Assembly (NCBI GenBank): GCA_963727455.1
Contig: CAVSGG010000006.1
Span: 1 to 64,000 of the forward strand
Source: Candidatus Krumholzibacteriota bacterium
GTDB lineage: Bacteria; Krumholzibacteriota; Krumholzibacteriia; JAJRXK01
Length of the DNA stretch: 64,000 bases
Reading direction: 5' to 3'
Position numbers and translations under genes: made by a program. Of the stretch, positions 38,349 to 50,607 are shown piece by piece; the stretch's first letter is position 1; every line of letters starts with the position of its first letter. Under the pieces are notes generated by a model that was not told where the DNA came from, did no database searches, and saw nothing but the letters and a program-made list of their open reading frames with translations.

Positions 38349-40382
38349 TCAGCGCCCCTTGAACTCCGGACGCCTGCGGCCCAGCGAGCTGAGACCTTCA
38401 TAGGCGTCCTCGCTGGCGAAGATCTCCTTCAGGTGGGCCAGCTCTTCCTTCAGGCCGGCCTGAAGCCCGGCCTCTTCCCCGCGCGCGATGGCGGCATCGA
38501 CCACGCGGCAGGCGAGCGGCGCCTTGCGCGCCACGCGCGCCGCGGCCTTTCCCACCGCGGAATCCTCAGCCTGCGCCTTGCCCGTGAGCAGAGCCTCGAG
38601 TTCGGCCGCGTCGAAGAAATCGCGCAGCGCCTTCAGGCGCAGTGGCAGCTCGGCCTTTGCCCTCGAGTTTGGCAGGGCGGACTTTCCCGCGGCGTGCAGG
38701 GACTTGATCCGCGAAGAGAGCTGTTCGACGGGAACGATCTCGTCCACCAATCCCATGGCCAGCGCGCTCTGAGCGTCCACGCTGTCGCCGGTGAGCAGCA
38801 GATAGCGCGTCATCTGGGGTCCGATGCGGCGCCGCGTGCGCTGCGTTCCGCCCAGTCCGGGGTAGATGCCGATGCCGGTCTCGGGGAAGCCCATGCTGCC
38901 CTTGTCGGTGGCCAGGATCCAGTCGGCGCACAACGCAAGCTCGCTGCCGCCGCCCAGGCTGAGTCCGTCCAGGCGCGCGATGACGAGCTTTTCGCTCTCG
39001 TCGATGCGCCGGTACAGCTCCTGTCCCTTCTCGGTGAAGTCCTGAATTCCTTGGAAGTCCTCGGCCTCGATGCGCTTCACGAAGTAGCGGATGTCGGCCC
39101 CGGCCACGAAGGCCTTGCCCGCGCCGCGCAGAACGATGGTGGACACGTCCTCACGGCGATCCATCTCGTCGAATTTCGCGGCCAGCTGGGCGACGAGTTC
39201 TTCGTTGAGCGCGTTGAGGGCGTCGGGGCGATTCAGGGTGATTTCGGCCAGCCCATCCTCTACTTCGGCTTTCACCAGCTCGAAGGCGAAGGGTCCCTTG
39301 GCCTGTTCCAGCAGCGCGGGCATCTTCAGGTCCGGATAGTGCGCCACCAGGGCCTCGACACGAGCCCGCGCCCGCTCCAGGCCGTCGCGGTTGATGAGTT
39401 GGAAGGGGCCCTCGCTCCAGCGCAGGCCCACCCGCGCGCCGATGTCGCAGTCCTCGATGCTGCACACCCCTTCGTCCACCATGGTGCAGGCGATCTGGAA
39501 GCTGACGCCCAGGAGGCGATCGGCCACCGCCTCGAACTTCGACTCGTCGACTTCTCCCTCCAGCTGCCAGTTTTCACCGCGCTCGCCCTTCTCGGCGAGC
39601 AGGGGGGCGGGCTCATAAAAGGAACCGAGTTCCTTTCCCAGAGTGGTGGCGGCGTGCCAGGCGATCGGCACTCCCGTGACGTTCATCAGCTCGAAGGGTC
39701 CCATGCCGATGCGGAAAGCTTTCTTGCTCGCGGCCTCGATGGTGGCCAGGGAGGCCACCTTCTCTTCCAGCAAGCGCACGGCCTCGTTGAGCCAGGGGAC
39801 GAAGTAGCGATTGACCACGAAGCCGGGGCGATCCGCGGAGTGAATGGGCGTCTTCCCGACGGTCTCGGCGAAGCTCCAGGCCCAGCTTCTGGTTTCCTCA
39901 CTGGTGCTCTCGTGGGGGATCACTTCCACCAGGCGATTCTTGGCCGGGTGGTAGAAGAAGTGCATTCCAACTACGCGGTCGGCTCTCTTGGTGGCGGCCG
40001 CGAGGTCCTTCACGTAGAAGGAGGAGGTGTTGGTGGCCAGGCGGGTCGAGGGAGCGCAGATCTCGTCCAACTGAGCGAAGAGCTTGCGCTTCAGCTCGAG
40101 CTCCTCGAACACGGCTTCGATCACGAGTTCGCAGCGGGAGCAGTCCTCCAGCCGGCAGCTGGGACGGATGCGGCTCAAGATGCGGGCGACCTCCTCCTCA
40201 CGGAAGATGCGGCGCTCCACCGCCTCCCCCAGCAAAGTCCGGATCCGTTCCATTCCGCGGTCCACCGCCGCCTGGTCCAGATCGACCAGAACCACCTCAC
40301 AGCCCTCCGTGGCCAGTTTTTGGGCGATTCCGCTGCCCATGTTGCCCGCGCCGATGACTCCGAAGCTTCGCTGCTGCTCCAT
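38349..40382 (-). CDS. 3-hydroxyacyl-CoA dehydrogenase / enoyl-CoA hydratase fusion (dehydrogenase N-terminal)
   Basis: GAGNMGSGIA, EAVFE, ATNTSS, GMHFFYP, PGFVVNR; then LNRPDALNAL, AFVAGADI, GGGSELAL, PETGIGIYPG. Confidence 0.9.
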   Translation of the reverse strand: MEQQRSFGVIGAGNMGSGIAQKLATEGCEVVLVDLDQAAVDRGMERIRTLLGEAVERRIFREEEVARILSRIRPSCRLEDCSRCELVIEAVFEELELKRKLFAQLDEICAPSTRLATNTSSFYVKDLAAATKRADRVVGMHFFYHPAKNRLVEVIPHESTSEETRSWAWSFAETVGKTPIHSADRPGFVVNRYFVPWLNEAVRLLEEKVASLATIEAASKKAFRIGMGPFELMNVTGVPIAWHAATTLGKELGSFYEPAPLLAEKGERGENWQLEGEVDESKFEAVADRLLGVSFQIACTMVDEGVCSIEDCDIGARVGLRWSEGPFQLINRDGLERARARVEALVAHYPDLKMPALLEQAKGPFAFELVKAEVEDGLAEITLNRPDALNALNEELVAQLAAKFDEMDRREDVSTIVLRGAGKAFVAGADIRYFVKRIEAEDFQGIQDFTEKGQELYRRIDESEKLVIARLDGLSLGGGSELALCADWILATDKGSMGFPETGIGIYPGLGGTQRTRRRIGPQMTRYLLLTGDSVDAQSALAMGLVDEIVPVEQLSSRIKSLHAAGKSALPNSRAKAELPLRLKALRDFFDAAELEALLTGKAQAEDSAVGKAAARVARKAPLACRVVDAAIARGEEAGLQAGLKEELAHLKEIFASEDAYEGLSSLGRRRPEFKGR

Positions 40383-40514
40383 CCGGGACTCCCCCCTTGA
40401 GATGTCTAGAGCCTTAACTCTATGATATTCAATGGACTACGAGACTTGCCCGCCGCTTGCCCCGCATCATTGAATACTGCAAAGGCCCGGATGGGGCCAG
40501 CGGAATTCTCCCGC

Positions 40515-40544
40515 TTGAATCTTCACGGAGAAGTGCGGTATACT
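40515..40544 (+). promoter_or_regulatory. Putative sigma70 promoter of the large surface-protein gene
   Basis: TTGAAT-N18-TATACT. Confidence 0.6.
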
Positions 40545-40550
40545 TCTCCC

Positions 40551-40865
40551 GGCGACTCAGCAGCTTCGTTCCAGCCGTAATCTCGGTTGGAGCGATTACG
40601 GTCAAATGGAACGGGATGCATGTTTTTCCCTGAAATGTCGTTCCACCACTCTTTCAGGCCGGATCCTTACTCGACGCTGGAGAAGAGCGCTTCATTTCGG
40701 AAGAGCTAGTCTCCAATCCCGCACCTGAATCCCGCGGTTTCTGACCGCGGAATGTGGGCCCATTGGCCGTGCTTCTCATCGTGGGGTGTCGTGCTCGCAT
40801 CATGACGCTTTCACTCAGTTTGAAATCCAGACCGTCGTTGAGAAATCAACGTGGGAGGGACCAGC
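40551..40865 (+). promoter_or_regulatory. Long structured 5' leader
   Basis: Series of hairpins (40567-40613, 40732-40750, GAAA-capped 40836-40851) lying between the promoter and the GGGAGG RBS. Confidence 0.55.
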
Positions 40866-43800
40866 ATGAAGAGAATTAGCATTCTCGCGTTGTGCCTATT
40901 CCTCGCCGTTTTCGGTGTAAGCGCAGCTTTCGCCAATAACGGGGGGAACGATGGGCCGCTAAAGTATGCGGCTCAGGATGGCAAACAGATTTCCCAAGTT
41001 TTTACCGGTGTCAATGATGGCCTGTCCAAGGCCTCCACTGACACTTTCTATCTCTATGGAGGGCCGCCCTCCTTCGCCGATCCCAACGTCCATGCGTCCG
41101 TTTCGCCTTGGCCGCAGGGAATGTTCCAGACCTTCTTGGCGGGTGGATCCCCGCAGACGCAGGGATGGACCTCGGAAGACTTGACCGAGCCGCCGGTTCG
41201 CTGGCACGGTTCGACCATCAACGCCGAGGCCAGCCTGAATGGTCTGGTCGACAGCCTTTTCACTGGTAATCCTTTGACCAACCAGGCTGTCATCTCTCAC
41301 CACGAGGCCGCGACTGCCGTCGACTACACGGGTTATGGCAACCTGTGGAAAGACTGGCTCGTCTTCGACTATGACATGAACCAGGTTGCCGGTTGGAACA
41401 ACACCTTGGCGGCCAACGTTCAGCTCACAGCCGAATACAAGTGCGACCTCGAGTCCTGCTGCGACTTCCTGCAGTTCGAGTGGTACTCGGCCAGCACTGG
41501 CTGGAACACCGTTGCTGCTCTGGACGTTCAGACCTTCGACGGAACGCAGTACAACGCCAGGCTCTTCGACTCGGATGATCCGGCTCAAGACGGCGTTGCG
41601 GGCGGTATCGTGTATCAGCCCGCGGACTATGACTCCGACCACATCCGCCTGCGCATTCAGGTGAACTCCGACAGTGGTTGGTCGGATGAGGACGGTCGTC
41701 CTTCCGCGGGTCGCGGTGGTGCGATGGTCGACAACATCAACGTCTCCGTGAACGGCAACCTCGTCAGCAACGCTGACTGGGAAGGCGCCACGATCGTTGA
41801 TCAGCCCGAAGGTGACATCAGCGGACTGAACAATGGTGCAGTTCCTGGTAGCGCTGGCTGGACTCCGACGCCTTCCACCTTCAACGGTGACTTCTCGAAG
41901 GTCATTGCGGCCTTTGTCGAAGGCGACATCGACGTTTGCCGTGAGAACAACACTCCGCAGCTGGCGTTCATCAACAACGGTAGCGGTGCGAATAACTCCC
42001 CGACCCCGGTTCCGGCTTCGGTCGGAAGCACCACCTATGGTATTCCCTCGGGTCCCGGCGCGGGAACCGTGTTCGAGTATCAGGGCGGACTTCTGCCTGC
42101 CGGTGACGGCGGTGTCTACAACAAGTGGATTTCGCCCGTCATCGATGTGGCCCAGGGTCAGCCGGCCACGAATGGTGGGTTCTGGATGGGTTACACGATC
42201 TGGTCGGATCTGCCCCTCTTCCCGAACCTGATTTTCTGGCGCTGGAGTGTCCGCAGCCACGACCCCGTGTCTGGCGGTTGGAGCCCCTGGCAGGACTGCC
42301 CGTACCATTATTATGGTCCGTCCAGCTCCTGGGGTAACGGTGTTCTCAGCATCACCGACAAGATCGTTGCGAACGCAGACTCCGTGCAGGTGTCCTTCAT
42401 GGGTCGCGACGCTGCGGTTGCCTTTACCGGCGGCCCCAGCACGGACGCCACACCGGCTCCTGAGTTCGACAACGTCTGGGTGAAGAGGTTCGAGATTGGT
42501 GGACCGGCCATCACCGTTCCCGCCAACAGCCTCTTCAACGACGGCTTCCCGTCGAATGGTACGACCACTTCGGCTGTGCGCTTCGATCCGGGTGCCAACA
42601 TTGGTGGTACTGGTTCCACCACGGTCAACTATGTCCCGCAGGACTCCTTGGCTGTCAATGTGGTGTGCATCATCCCGGGGAGCAGCTTGCCTGACTTCGG
42701 TAAGATGTATGTCGCTCACCTGCAGAACCCGGTGTACGACCAGACGGATCGTGCGGCCGGTGCTGCCGACGTGAACAACTACGCGATGGCTGGCACCTCC
42801 ACCGATGCGGCTCACAACGGTTGGCCGATCTACACCTACGACGTTGATGGCCAGCAGTGCACGCTCAACGGCTCCGTGGTTCCTGATCAGTACTTCTTCG
42901 ATCTGCCGGACGGTCTGGGCTATGGCCTGTACCAGCACGCGGACGAAGATTCGCTGATCTTCCCCGGTGACGTTGTGCACTACTACCTGGAGTTCCAGGA
43001 TGATCAGCCGACTCCTGGCGTAAGCCGGACAGTTGCTGACATCAGCGACTTCTTGGACTTCAGCTTGACCACCACCTACAACCGTCAGTGGACCATGCGT
43101 GCTCTGCCGACGGTCGACGGCAGCGGCGGACAGCCGGGCCTGCTGTGGTGGAACGACGTCGACTCTCGTGGCAACGACAATGAGATCCTGCTCGGCTTCG
43201 CGCAGAACGGACTCTTGGAAGGCCGCGACTATGACACGTATGTGACGAAGGGTGCGTCCTCCGGGATGGGTAACGGTCTCGGTTCCGCCGGCGAGCACGG
43301 CGCGACTGCGGGCCAGCTGTCCGGTTACGATTGCCTCTTCTACACCATGCAAAACCTCACCGAGCCGGCTCTGAGCAACGGCAACAAGGGGGTCAACGGT
43401 AATGACTGGAGCGATGACGTCACTCTGCTGACGACCTGGCACAACCAGTCCGCTGATCGTTTCTCCGCGTACTTCGGTGAGAACTTCGCACAGGCCATGG
43501 ACAACCAGTTGAACGGCGCATTCCTGTCGAACGTGCTGGGTGTGCAGTTCAACAACGGTGACCTGAACAACGGCCACAACCTGGATGACCAGGTGGCCGC
43601 GCTTGTGAAGCCGACCGGAAACGGTAACTCCGCTGGATTCTTCGTGACCAACTACAGCCCCTATGGCGGCTGTCTCGCGATCAATGACTGGGATGACATT
43701 TCTCCCGTTGGCGGCGCGGTCGTGGCTCACGAGTTCACGGACCCGACCGGTAACTTCTACACACCGACTTCCCGCAACGCGAGCATCTACTGGGATCGCG

Positions 43801-44258
43801 ACCAAGGTGGCTTCCGCAAGGTTGACATCACCTTCCCGTACGATCCTCTGTACATTCGTGACCAGTTCACGAATCCCGAATCGACGGGTCCGAACACTGC
43901 TCGGGCTTATCTGTTCGGTGAGATTCTCGGTGCTTTCGGTAAGCCGACTGGAACGGCGACTGGCGCTGGCGTGCTTCCCAAGAAGCTCGTCGTGAGCCAG
44001 AACTACCCGAACCCGTTCAACCCCAGCACGACCATCAAGTACTCGATGCCGCTCCGTGGACAGGTCAGCATCAATGTGTACAACTTGCGTGGTGCTTTGG
44101 TTACGACTCTGGTCGATGGCGTCCAGGATGCCGGCGATCACAGCGTGATCTGGAACGGTAAGGACACCCGCGGCGCGTCCGTGTCCACCGGTATTTACCT
44201 GTACAAGGTGAAGACCCAGGATTCGGAGGTCGTGAAGAAGATGGCTCTGATCAAGTAA
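40866..44258 (+). CDS. Large secreted/surface protein (about 1130 aa) with C-terminal FlgD-Ig/T9SS-like sorting domain
   Basis: GGGAGG RBS; signal peptide MKRISILALCLFLAVFGVSAAFA; D/N/G/T-rich body; SQNYPNPFNPSTTI...WNGKD...GIYLY...KKMALIK. Confidence 0.9.
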   Translation: MKRISILALCLFLAVFGVSAAFANNGGNDGPLKYAAQDGKQISQVFTGVNDGLSKASTDTFYLYGGPPSFADPNVHASVSPWPQGMFQTFLAGGSPQTQGWTSEDLTEPPVRWHGSTINAEASLNGLVDSLFTGNPLTNQAVISHHEAATAVDYTGYGNLWKDWLVFDYDMNQVAGWNNTLAANVQLTAEYKCDLESCCDFLQFEWYSASTGWNTVAALDVQTFDGTQYNARLFDSDDPAQDGVAGGIVYQPADYDSDHIRLRIQVNSDSGWSDEDGRPSAGRGGAMVDNINVSVNGNLVSNADWEGATIVDQPEGDISGLNNGAVPGSAGWTPTPSTFNGDFSKVIAAFVEGDIDVCRENNTPQLAFINNGSGANNSPTPVPASVGSTTYGIPSGPGAGTVFEYQGGLLPAGDGGVYNKWISPVIDVAQGQPATNGGFWMGYTIWSDLPLFPNLIFWRWSVRSHDPVSGGWSPWQDCPYHYYGPSSSWGNGVLSITDKIVANADSVQVSFMGRDAAVAFTGGPSTDATPAPEFDNVWVKRFEIGGPAITVPANSLFNDGFPSNGTTTSAVRFDPGANIGGTGSTTVNYVPQDSLAVNVVCIIPGSSLPDFGKMYVAHLQNPVYDQTDRAAGAADVNNYAMAGTSTDAAHNGWPIYTYDVDGQQCTLNGSVVPDQYFFDLPDGLGYGLYQHADEDSLIFPGDVVHYYLEFQDDQPTPGVSRTVADISDFLDFSLTTTYNRQWTMRALPTVDGSGGQPGLLWWNDVDSRGNDNEILLGFAQNGLLEGRDYDTYVTKGASSGMGNGLGSAGEHGATAGQLSGYDCLFYTMQNLTEPALSNGNKGVNGNDWSDDVTLLTTWHNQSADRFSAYFGENFAQAMDNQLNGAFLSNVLGVQFNNGDLNNGHNLDDQVAALVKPTGNGNSAGFFVTNYSPYGGCLAINDWDDISPVGGAVVAHEFTDPTGNFYTPTSRNASIYWDRDQGGFRKVDITFPYDPLYIRDQFTNPESTGPNTARAYLFGEILGAFGKPTGTATGAGVLPKKLVVSQNYPNPFNPSTTIKYSMPLRGQVSINVYNLRGALVTTLVDGVQDAGDHSVIWNGKDTRGASVSTGIYLYKVKTQDSEVVKKMALIK

Positions 44259-44278
44259 TCAGATCCACTTCCGTTTGG

Positions 44279-44315
44279 AGGCCGGTCGGGCATTGCCCGG
44301 CCGGCCTTTTCTTTT
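44279..44315 (+). terminator. Rho-independent terminator
   Basis: AGGCCGGTCGGGC/GCCCGGCCGGCCT stem followed by TTTCTTTT. Confidence 0.85.
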
Positions 44316-44376
44316 GTCCCCACGAGGTGCACACTGTCCAGGCAAACTTCTCACAACCCGGATGGAGTCACGCCAG

Positions 44377-45821
44377 ATGGACAAGGACGAGTACCTGGGA
44401 GATTTTTCCCCCGAAGAACTCACCCGGTATCTTCAAGCCACCGCGGAGTGGATCGGGGACTATTTCGCCAAGATCGAAGAGCAGGAGGTCTTTCCCCAGA
44501 TCGAGCCCGGCGATTTCACCCGACAGCTTCCCTCCAAACCTCCCACCAAGGGAGAGGACATGGAGGAGATCCTCGCGGACTTCGCACGCCTGATTCCGCC
44601 CGCCACCACGCACTGGAATCATCCGAATTTCCACGCCTGGTTCGCCAACACCGGGAGCGCTCCGGGAATCGTGGCGGAAACTCTCTCCGCCGCGCTCAAC
44701 AACAATGCAATGGTGTGGAGGAGTGGCCCGGCCTCGACCGAAATGGAGCTCGTGGTATGCGATTGGCTGCGCCAGATGCTGGGTCTACCGGACGGTCTCT
44801 TCGGCATGATCCACGACACCGCGAGCGTGGCGGTCGTCGCGACTCTGCCGCCGCGCGCCATCGCGCCACGCGAGGTGAGGTCCGCGAAAAGGGATTGCGC
44901 GGTCTTCCGCAACTTCGGGTTTACGCGAGCGAGGAAGCGCACTCCTCGGTGGAGCGGGCCGCCATCGTCTTGGGACTGGGCAGTAAGAACGTGGTGAAGA
45001 TCGCGGCCGACCGCGAGTTCCGCATGATCCCCGGGGCCCTGGAAGAAGCCATCGCCCAGGACAGGAAAGCGGGCTTCGTGCCCATGGCGGTGGTCGCCAC
45101 CGTGGGCACCACGGGAACGACCAGTATCGATCCCGTCGCCCAGATCGCCCCCTTGTGCAAAGAAGGCGAAGTGTGGCTGCACGTCGACGCGGCTTACGGC
45201 GGCGCGATGGCCACGATCCCGCAGTACCGTTGGGTACTCGACGGCTGCGAGCACGCCGATTCCCTGGTGGTGAACCCGCACAAGTGGCTCTTTGTCCCCA
45301 TGGATTGCAGCGTTCTCTTTTGCAAGAACGCCGAGGATCTCCGAAGGACATTCTCGCTGGTTCCATCTTACCTGGAGACGCCGGAGGACAAGATCGCCAG
45401 AAACCTCACCGACTACGGCCCCGCCATGGGCCGCCGCTTCCGCGCTCTGAAGTTGTGGATGGTGATGCGGGCCTACGGGAGCGAGGGCATCGCCGCTCGC
45501 GTGAACTATCACCTCCAACTCGCGCGGGAACTGCAGGATTGGATCGCAAGGGCCGAGAACTGGGAGCAGCTCGCTCCGGCGCCCATGAGTACCGTGCTCT
45601 TCCGCCACCATCCCCGAGGGTTGAGCGACGAAGAGGCGCTCGAGAGGCACAACCGGTCCGTCCTGGAGGAGATCAATCGCTCGGGACAGGCCTTTCTCTC
45701 GCACACGATCGTGAGGGGATCCTTCGCGCTGCGGCTGGCCATCGGAAACCTGCGCACTCAACGAAGCCATCTTCTGGCGACCTGGCGGCTCATCCAAGAG
45801 GTGGCAAGCCGTACTCCGTGA
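44377..45821 (+). CDS. Group II PLP-dependent decarboxylase, aromatic-L-amino-acid decarboxylase-like; frameshift near 44848
   Basis: HWNHPNFHAWF, SGPASTEME, AHSSVE, TVGTT, HVDAAY, NPHKW (PLP Lys), RRFRALKLW. Confidence 0.85.
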
Positions 45822-45925
45822 GGGCGGCGGCGTTGCGCGGCCTTCGAGCTTTTGGATCCCTCGAGAGAGTGATACCCTCGGGATTCGCAGCCCGTCACCA
45901 CCGACTGGAAAGGAATGCGAGAGTC

Positions 45926-48013
45926 ATGCGTCAGTCTTCTCTTCGGACCGCATTGTGGATGGCATTGTCCCTCTTGATCATCTCGGCCATGCCGAGTCTC
46001 GCCGAACCCCTCAGCCCCGAACAGGTTGCCAATACGAAGTTGGTGGGCGAGGTCGAGGTTTCGCCGAGCGGCATTGATGTGGCCTACACACTCACCGTTC
46101 CGCGAATTCCTTTCGCAGATGACGACGGCCCGGCCTGGGTCGAGCTGCACGTACTCGACACACGCGACGGAAGCACGCGCCCCTACGTGGCAGGTCATGT
46201 GAGGGTCTCTGAGCCACAGTGGATTCTGGGACGGCGTGAGATCGCCTTTCTTGCCAAGCGCGAGGGCGACGAGACGACCAGCCTCTATGTCATTCCGCTA
46301 GATGGCGGCGAGGCTCAGCGTGTCCTCACGCACGAAACCAACATCCAATCCTACGCTTTCAACGGGGACGCATCGCGCGTGGCCTTCTTGGCCGAGGACC
46401 CGAAACCCAAACGACAAGAGGAACTGAAGAAGAAGGGAATCGCTCCGGAGATCTACGAGGAAGATCTGCGTTACACGCACGTCTACGTGGCCCCCTACGA
46501 TCCCGCGACCCGAACGGCAGGAGAAGCCAAGGAGTTGCCCGTGCAAGGGGACCTCTCGCTTCTGCGCTACAGTCCGGTGGACGAGCGGCTAGTCGTGGCC
46601 ATCGCGCCCACCCCTTTGATCGACGATCACTACATGAAGCGGCGCATTCGTATCGTGGACGCAAATACCGGCGAGATTCTGCAAAAGATCGAGAACCCGG
46701 GAAAGGTCGGCGAGGTAAAGTGGAGTCCGGACGGGACGCATCTGGCCATGATTCTCGCCAGTGATCTGCACGATCCCGCGCCGGGACGCTTGATGCTCGC
46801 CGACGCGAGCAGCGGGGAGTACAGCGATCTCCTTCCCGGACTGTTCGATACGGGCCAAGTCAATTCGATCGCCTGGAAGAGCACGCACGAAATCCTCTAC
46901 CTGGCCTCCAAAGGCGTGTGGACGCAGCTGGGGGAGGTCGGCCTGGACGGAAAGTTTAGAATTCTCGTCGATACCGGAGGGCCGATTCTGCACGGGGTGA
47001 AGGCTTCGAGCGATGGGAAGACCGTGGCCTTCACGGGGGATTCTCCCACCTTCCCGCGCGAGCTCTTCCTCATGGATCGCGGACACCGAAAGCCGACCCG
47101 GATGACCGAGTCGAACCCCTGGCTCGACGCAGTCGATCTGGCGCGACAAGAGGTGGTGCACTACGCCGCACGCGACAGCCAGGAAATAGAGGGCGTGCTC
47201 GTACATCCGCTGCACGAAAAGGCGGGACAGCGATATCCGCTGGTACTTTACGTCCACGGGGGTCCCGAATCGCATCATTCGAACGGCTGGGTGACTCGCT
47301 ACGTGAATCCGGGCCAGGTGCTGGCCGGACGCGACATGGCGGTGCTCATGCTCAATTACCGGGGCAGCACCGGATACGGGGTGCCCTTCTCCAAGGCTGA
47401 TCACGGAGATTTTGCCGGAGCGGAGTTCAACGACCTGGTCGACGGAGTCGATCACTTCGTCGCGGCCGGATTGGTCGACGAGGACAGGGTGGGAGTGACC
47501 GGAGGTTCCTACGGCGGTTACGCCACCGCGTGGCTGTGCACCCGCTATACGGACCACTTCGCGGCCGGTGTGATGTTCGCGGGGATCAGTGACAACATTT
47601 CCAAGTTCGGCACCAGTGACATTCCCGAGGAGATGTACCTGGTGCACCAGCGCAAGCGCACCTTCGACGACTGGGATTTCTTCCTGGAACGCAGTCCCAT
47701 CTACTATGCGGGACAGGCCAAGACCCCGCTTCTGATCGTGCACGGCAAGGACGATCCGCGCGTGAACGTGGGGCAGGCCCGTGAGCTGTACCGCCACATC
47801 AAGACGCGCACCAAGACCCCGGTGCGTCTGGTTCTGTATCCCGGCGAGGGGCACGGCAACAGAAAGTGCGCCGCGCGCTACGACTACAACCTGAGGATGC
47901 TGCGCTGGCTCACGAGCTATCTGGGCAAGGGCGCGCACTCCGAGCCGCCCACGCAAGTGGAGTACCCGCTCGAGCCGCAGCCCGCAGCGGAGATGCAGGG
48001 CGCGCAGCAGTAG
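45926..48013 (+). CDS. Secreted S9 peptidase (acylaminoacyl / dipeptidyl peptidase)
   Basis: Signal peptide and beta-propeller region; HGGP, GGSYGG, DPRV and EGHG triad motifs. Confidence 0.9.
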   Translation: MRQSSLRTALWMALSLLIISAMPSLAEPLSPEQVANTKLVGEVEVSPSGIDVAYTLTVPRIPFADDDGPAWVELHVLDTRDGSTRPYVAGHVRVSEPQWILGRREIAFLAKREGDETTSLYVIPLDGGEAQRVLTHETNIQSYAFNGDASRVAFLAEDPKPKRQEELKKKGIAPEIYEEDLRYTHVYVAPYDPATRTAGEAKELPVQGDLSLLRYSPVDERLVVAIAPTPLIDDHYMKRRIRIVDANTGEILQKIENPGKVGEVKWSPDGTHLAMILASDLHDPAPGRLMLADASSGEYSDLLPGLFDTGQVNSIAWKSTHEILYLASKGVWTQLGEVGLDGKFRILVDTGGPILHGVKASSDGKTVAFTGDSPTFPRELFLMDRGHRKPTRMTESNPWLDAVDLARQEVVHYAARDSQEIEGVLVHPLHEKAGQRYPLVLYVHGGPESHHSNGWVTRYVNPGQVLAGRDMAVLMLNYRGSTGYGVPFSKADHGDFAGAEFNDLVDGVDHFVAAGLVDEDRVGVTGGSYGGYATAWLCTRYTDHFAAGVMFAGISDNISKFGTSDIPEEMYLVHQRKRTFDDWDFFLERSPIYYAGQAKTPLLIVHGKDDPRVNVGQARELYRHIKTRTKTPVRLVLYPGEGHGNRKCAARYDYNLRMLRWLTSYLGKGAHSEPPTQVEYPLEPQPAAEMQGAQQ

Positions 48014-48130
48014 GTCTGAAGCACGCGGAAGCGTGAAATCTTGAACCCGGGCAGGGATCGTCTTACTCTGCTCGGGTTCTCCGTGAACGTTCGATGATCT
48101 CCTTTCCTCCAACCACTCTGGGAGCTGAAG

Positions 48131-50197
<2,067 letters not shown>

Positions 50198-50202
50198 TTT
50201 GC

Positions 50203-50384
50203 AAGAGCCCTCCTTCGCAGGAGCGGAGGGGCGCTTCTGTGCCCTGAGATAGAAGAGGCCCATCATCGGAGCCGAGGCTAAGCCGCGCCAAAGCGCGCGG
50301 AACCGCCTCTACACTCCGATGATGGGCCTCTTCCTACCCATTCCGCACAGCGAAGCCTCTCCGCTTCTGCGATGGAGGGCTCTT
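50203..50384. repeat. Rod-shaped palindromic element, copy A (partial inverted third copy at 50394-50432)
   Basis: Outer stem 50203-50232/50355-50384; perfect 20-bp inner stem 50252-50271/50314-50333; homologous to the reverse complement of 53044-53211. Confidence 0.85.
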
Positions 50385-50607
50385 TCCTCCTTGTTCCGCG
50401 CGGTTCAGCCTCGGCTCCGATCGTGAGCCTCTCGCTTGTCTTTCGATCTCGAGAGCACCACCTGGCCCAGCAAGGCGATCCCAAGAAACCTGCGCAAGGG
50501 ACTTGTTCTCAACCACTTTGGACTGGCAACCCGTGTCCTGACCTGCGTACAATGAGCTCGCATGGTCCCCGGTTCCCTCCCTTTCAACGAGTAGTTTCGA
50601 GGCGCAT

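Noticed and set aside
38433-40400. 655-aa antisense ORF, and similar shadows opposite xdh, S8, S9 and sdhA
   Set aside because: Expected in high-GC coding DNA; the opposite strand carries the clear family motifs.
40959-44141. 1060-aa antisense ORF
   Set aside because: It is a codon-aligned shadow of the strongly biased surface-protein gene and has no recognisable motif.
50203-50384. 6S RNA or integron attC identity for the rod hairpins
   Set aside because: There are no RYYYAAC/GTTRRRY boxes or integrase, and the copies are inverted, abut stop codons and have no evident promoter. Not fully excluded without an Rfam search.
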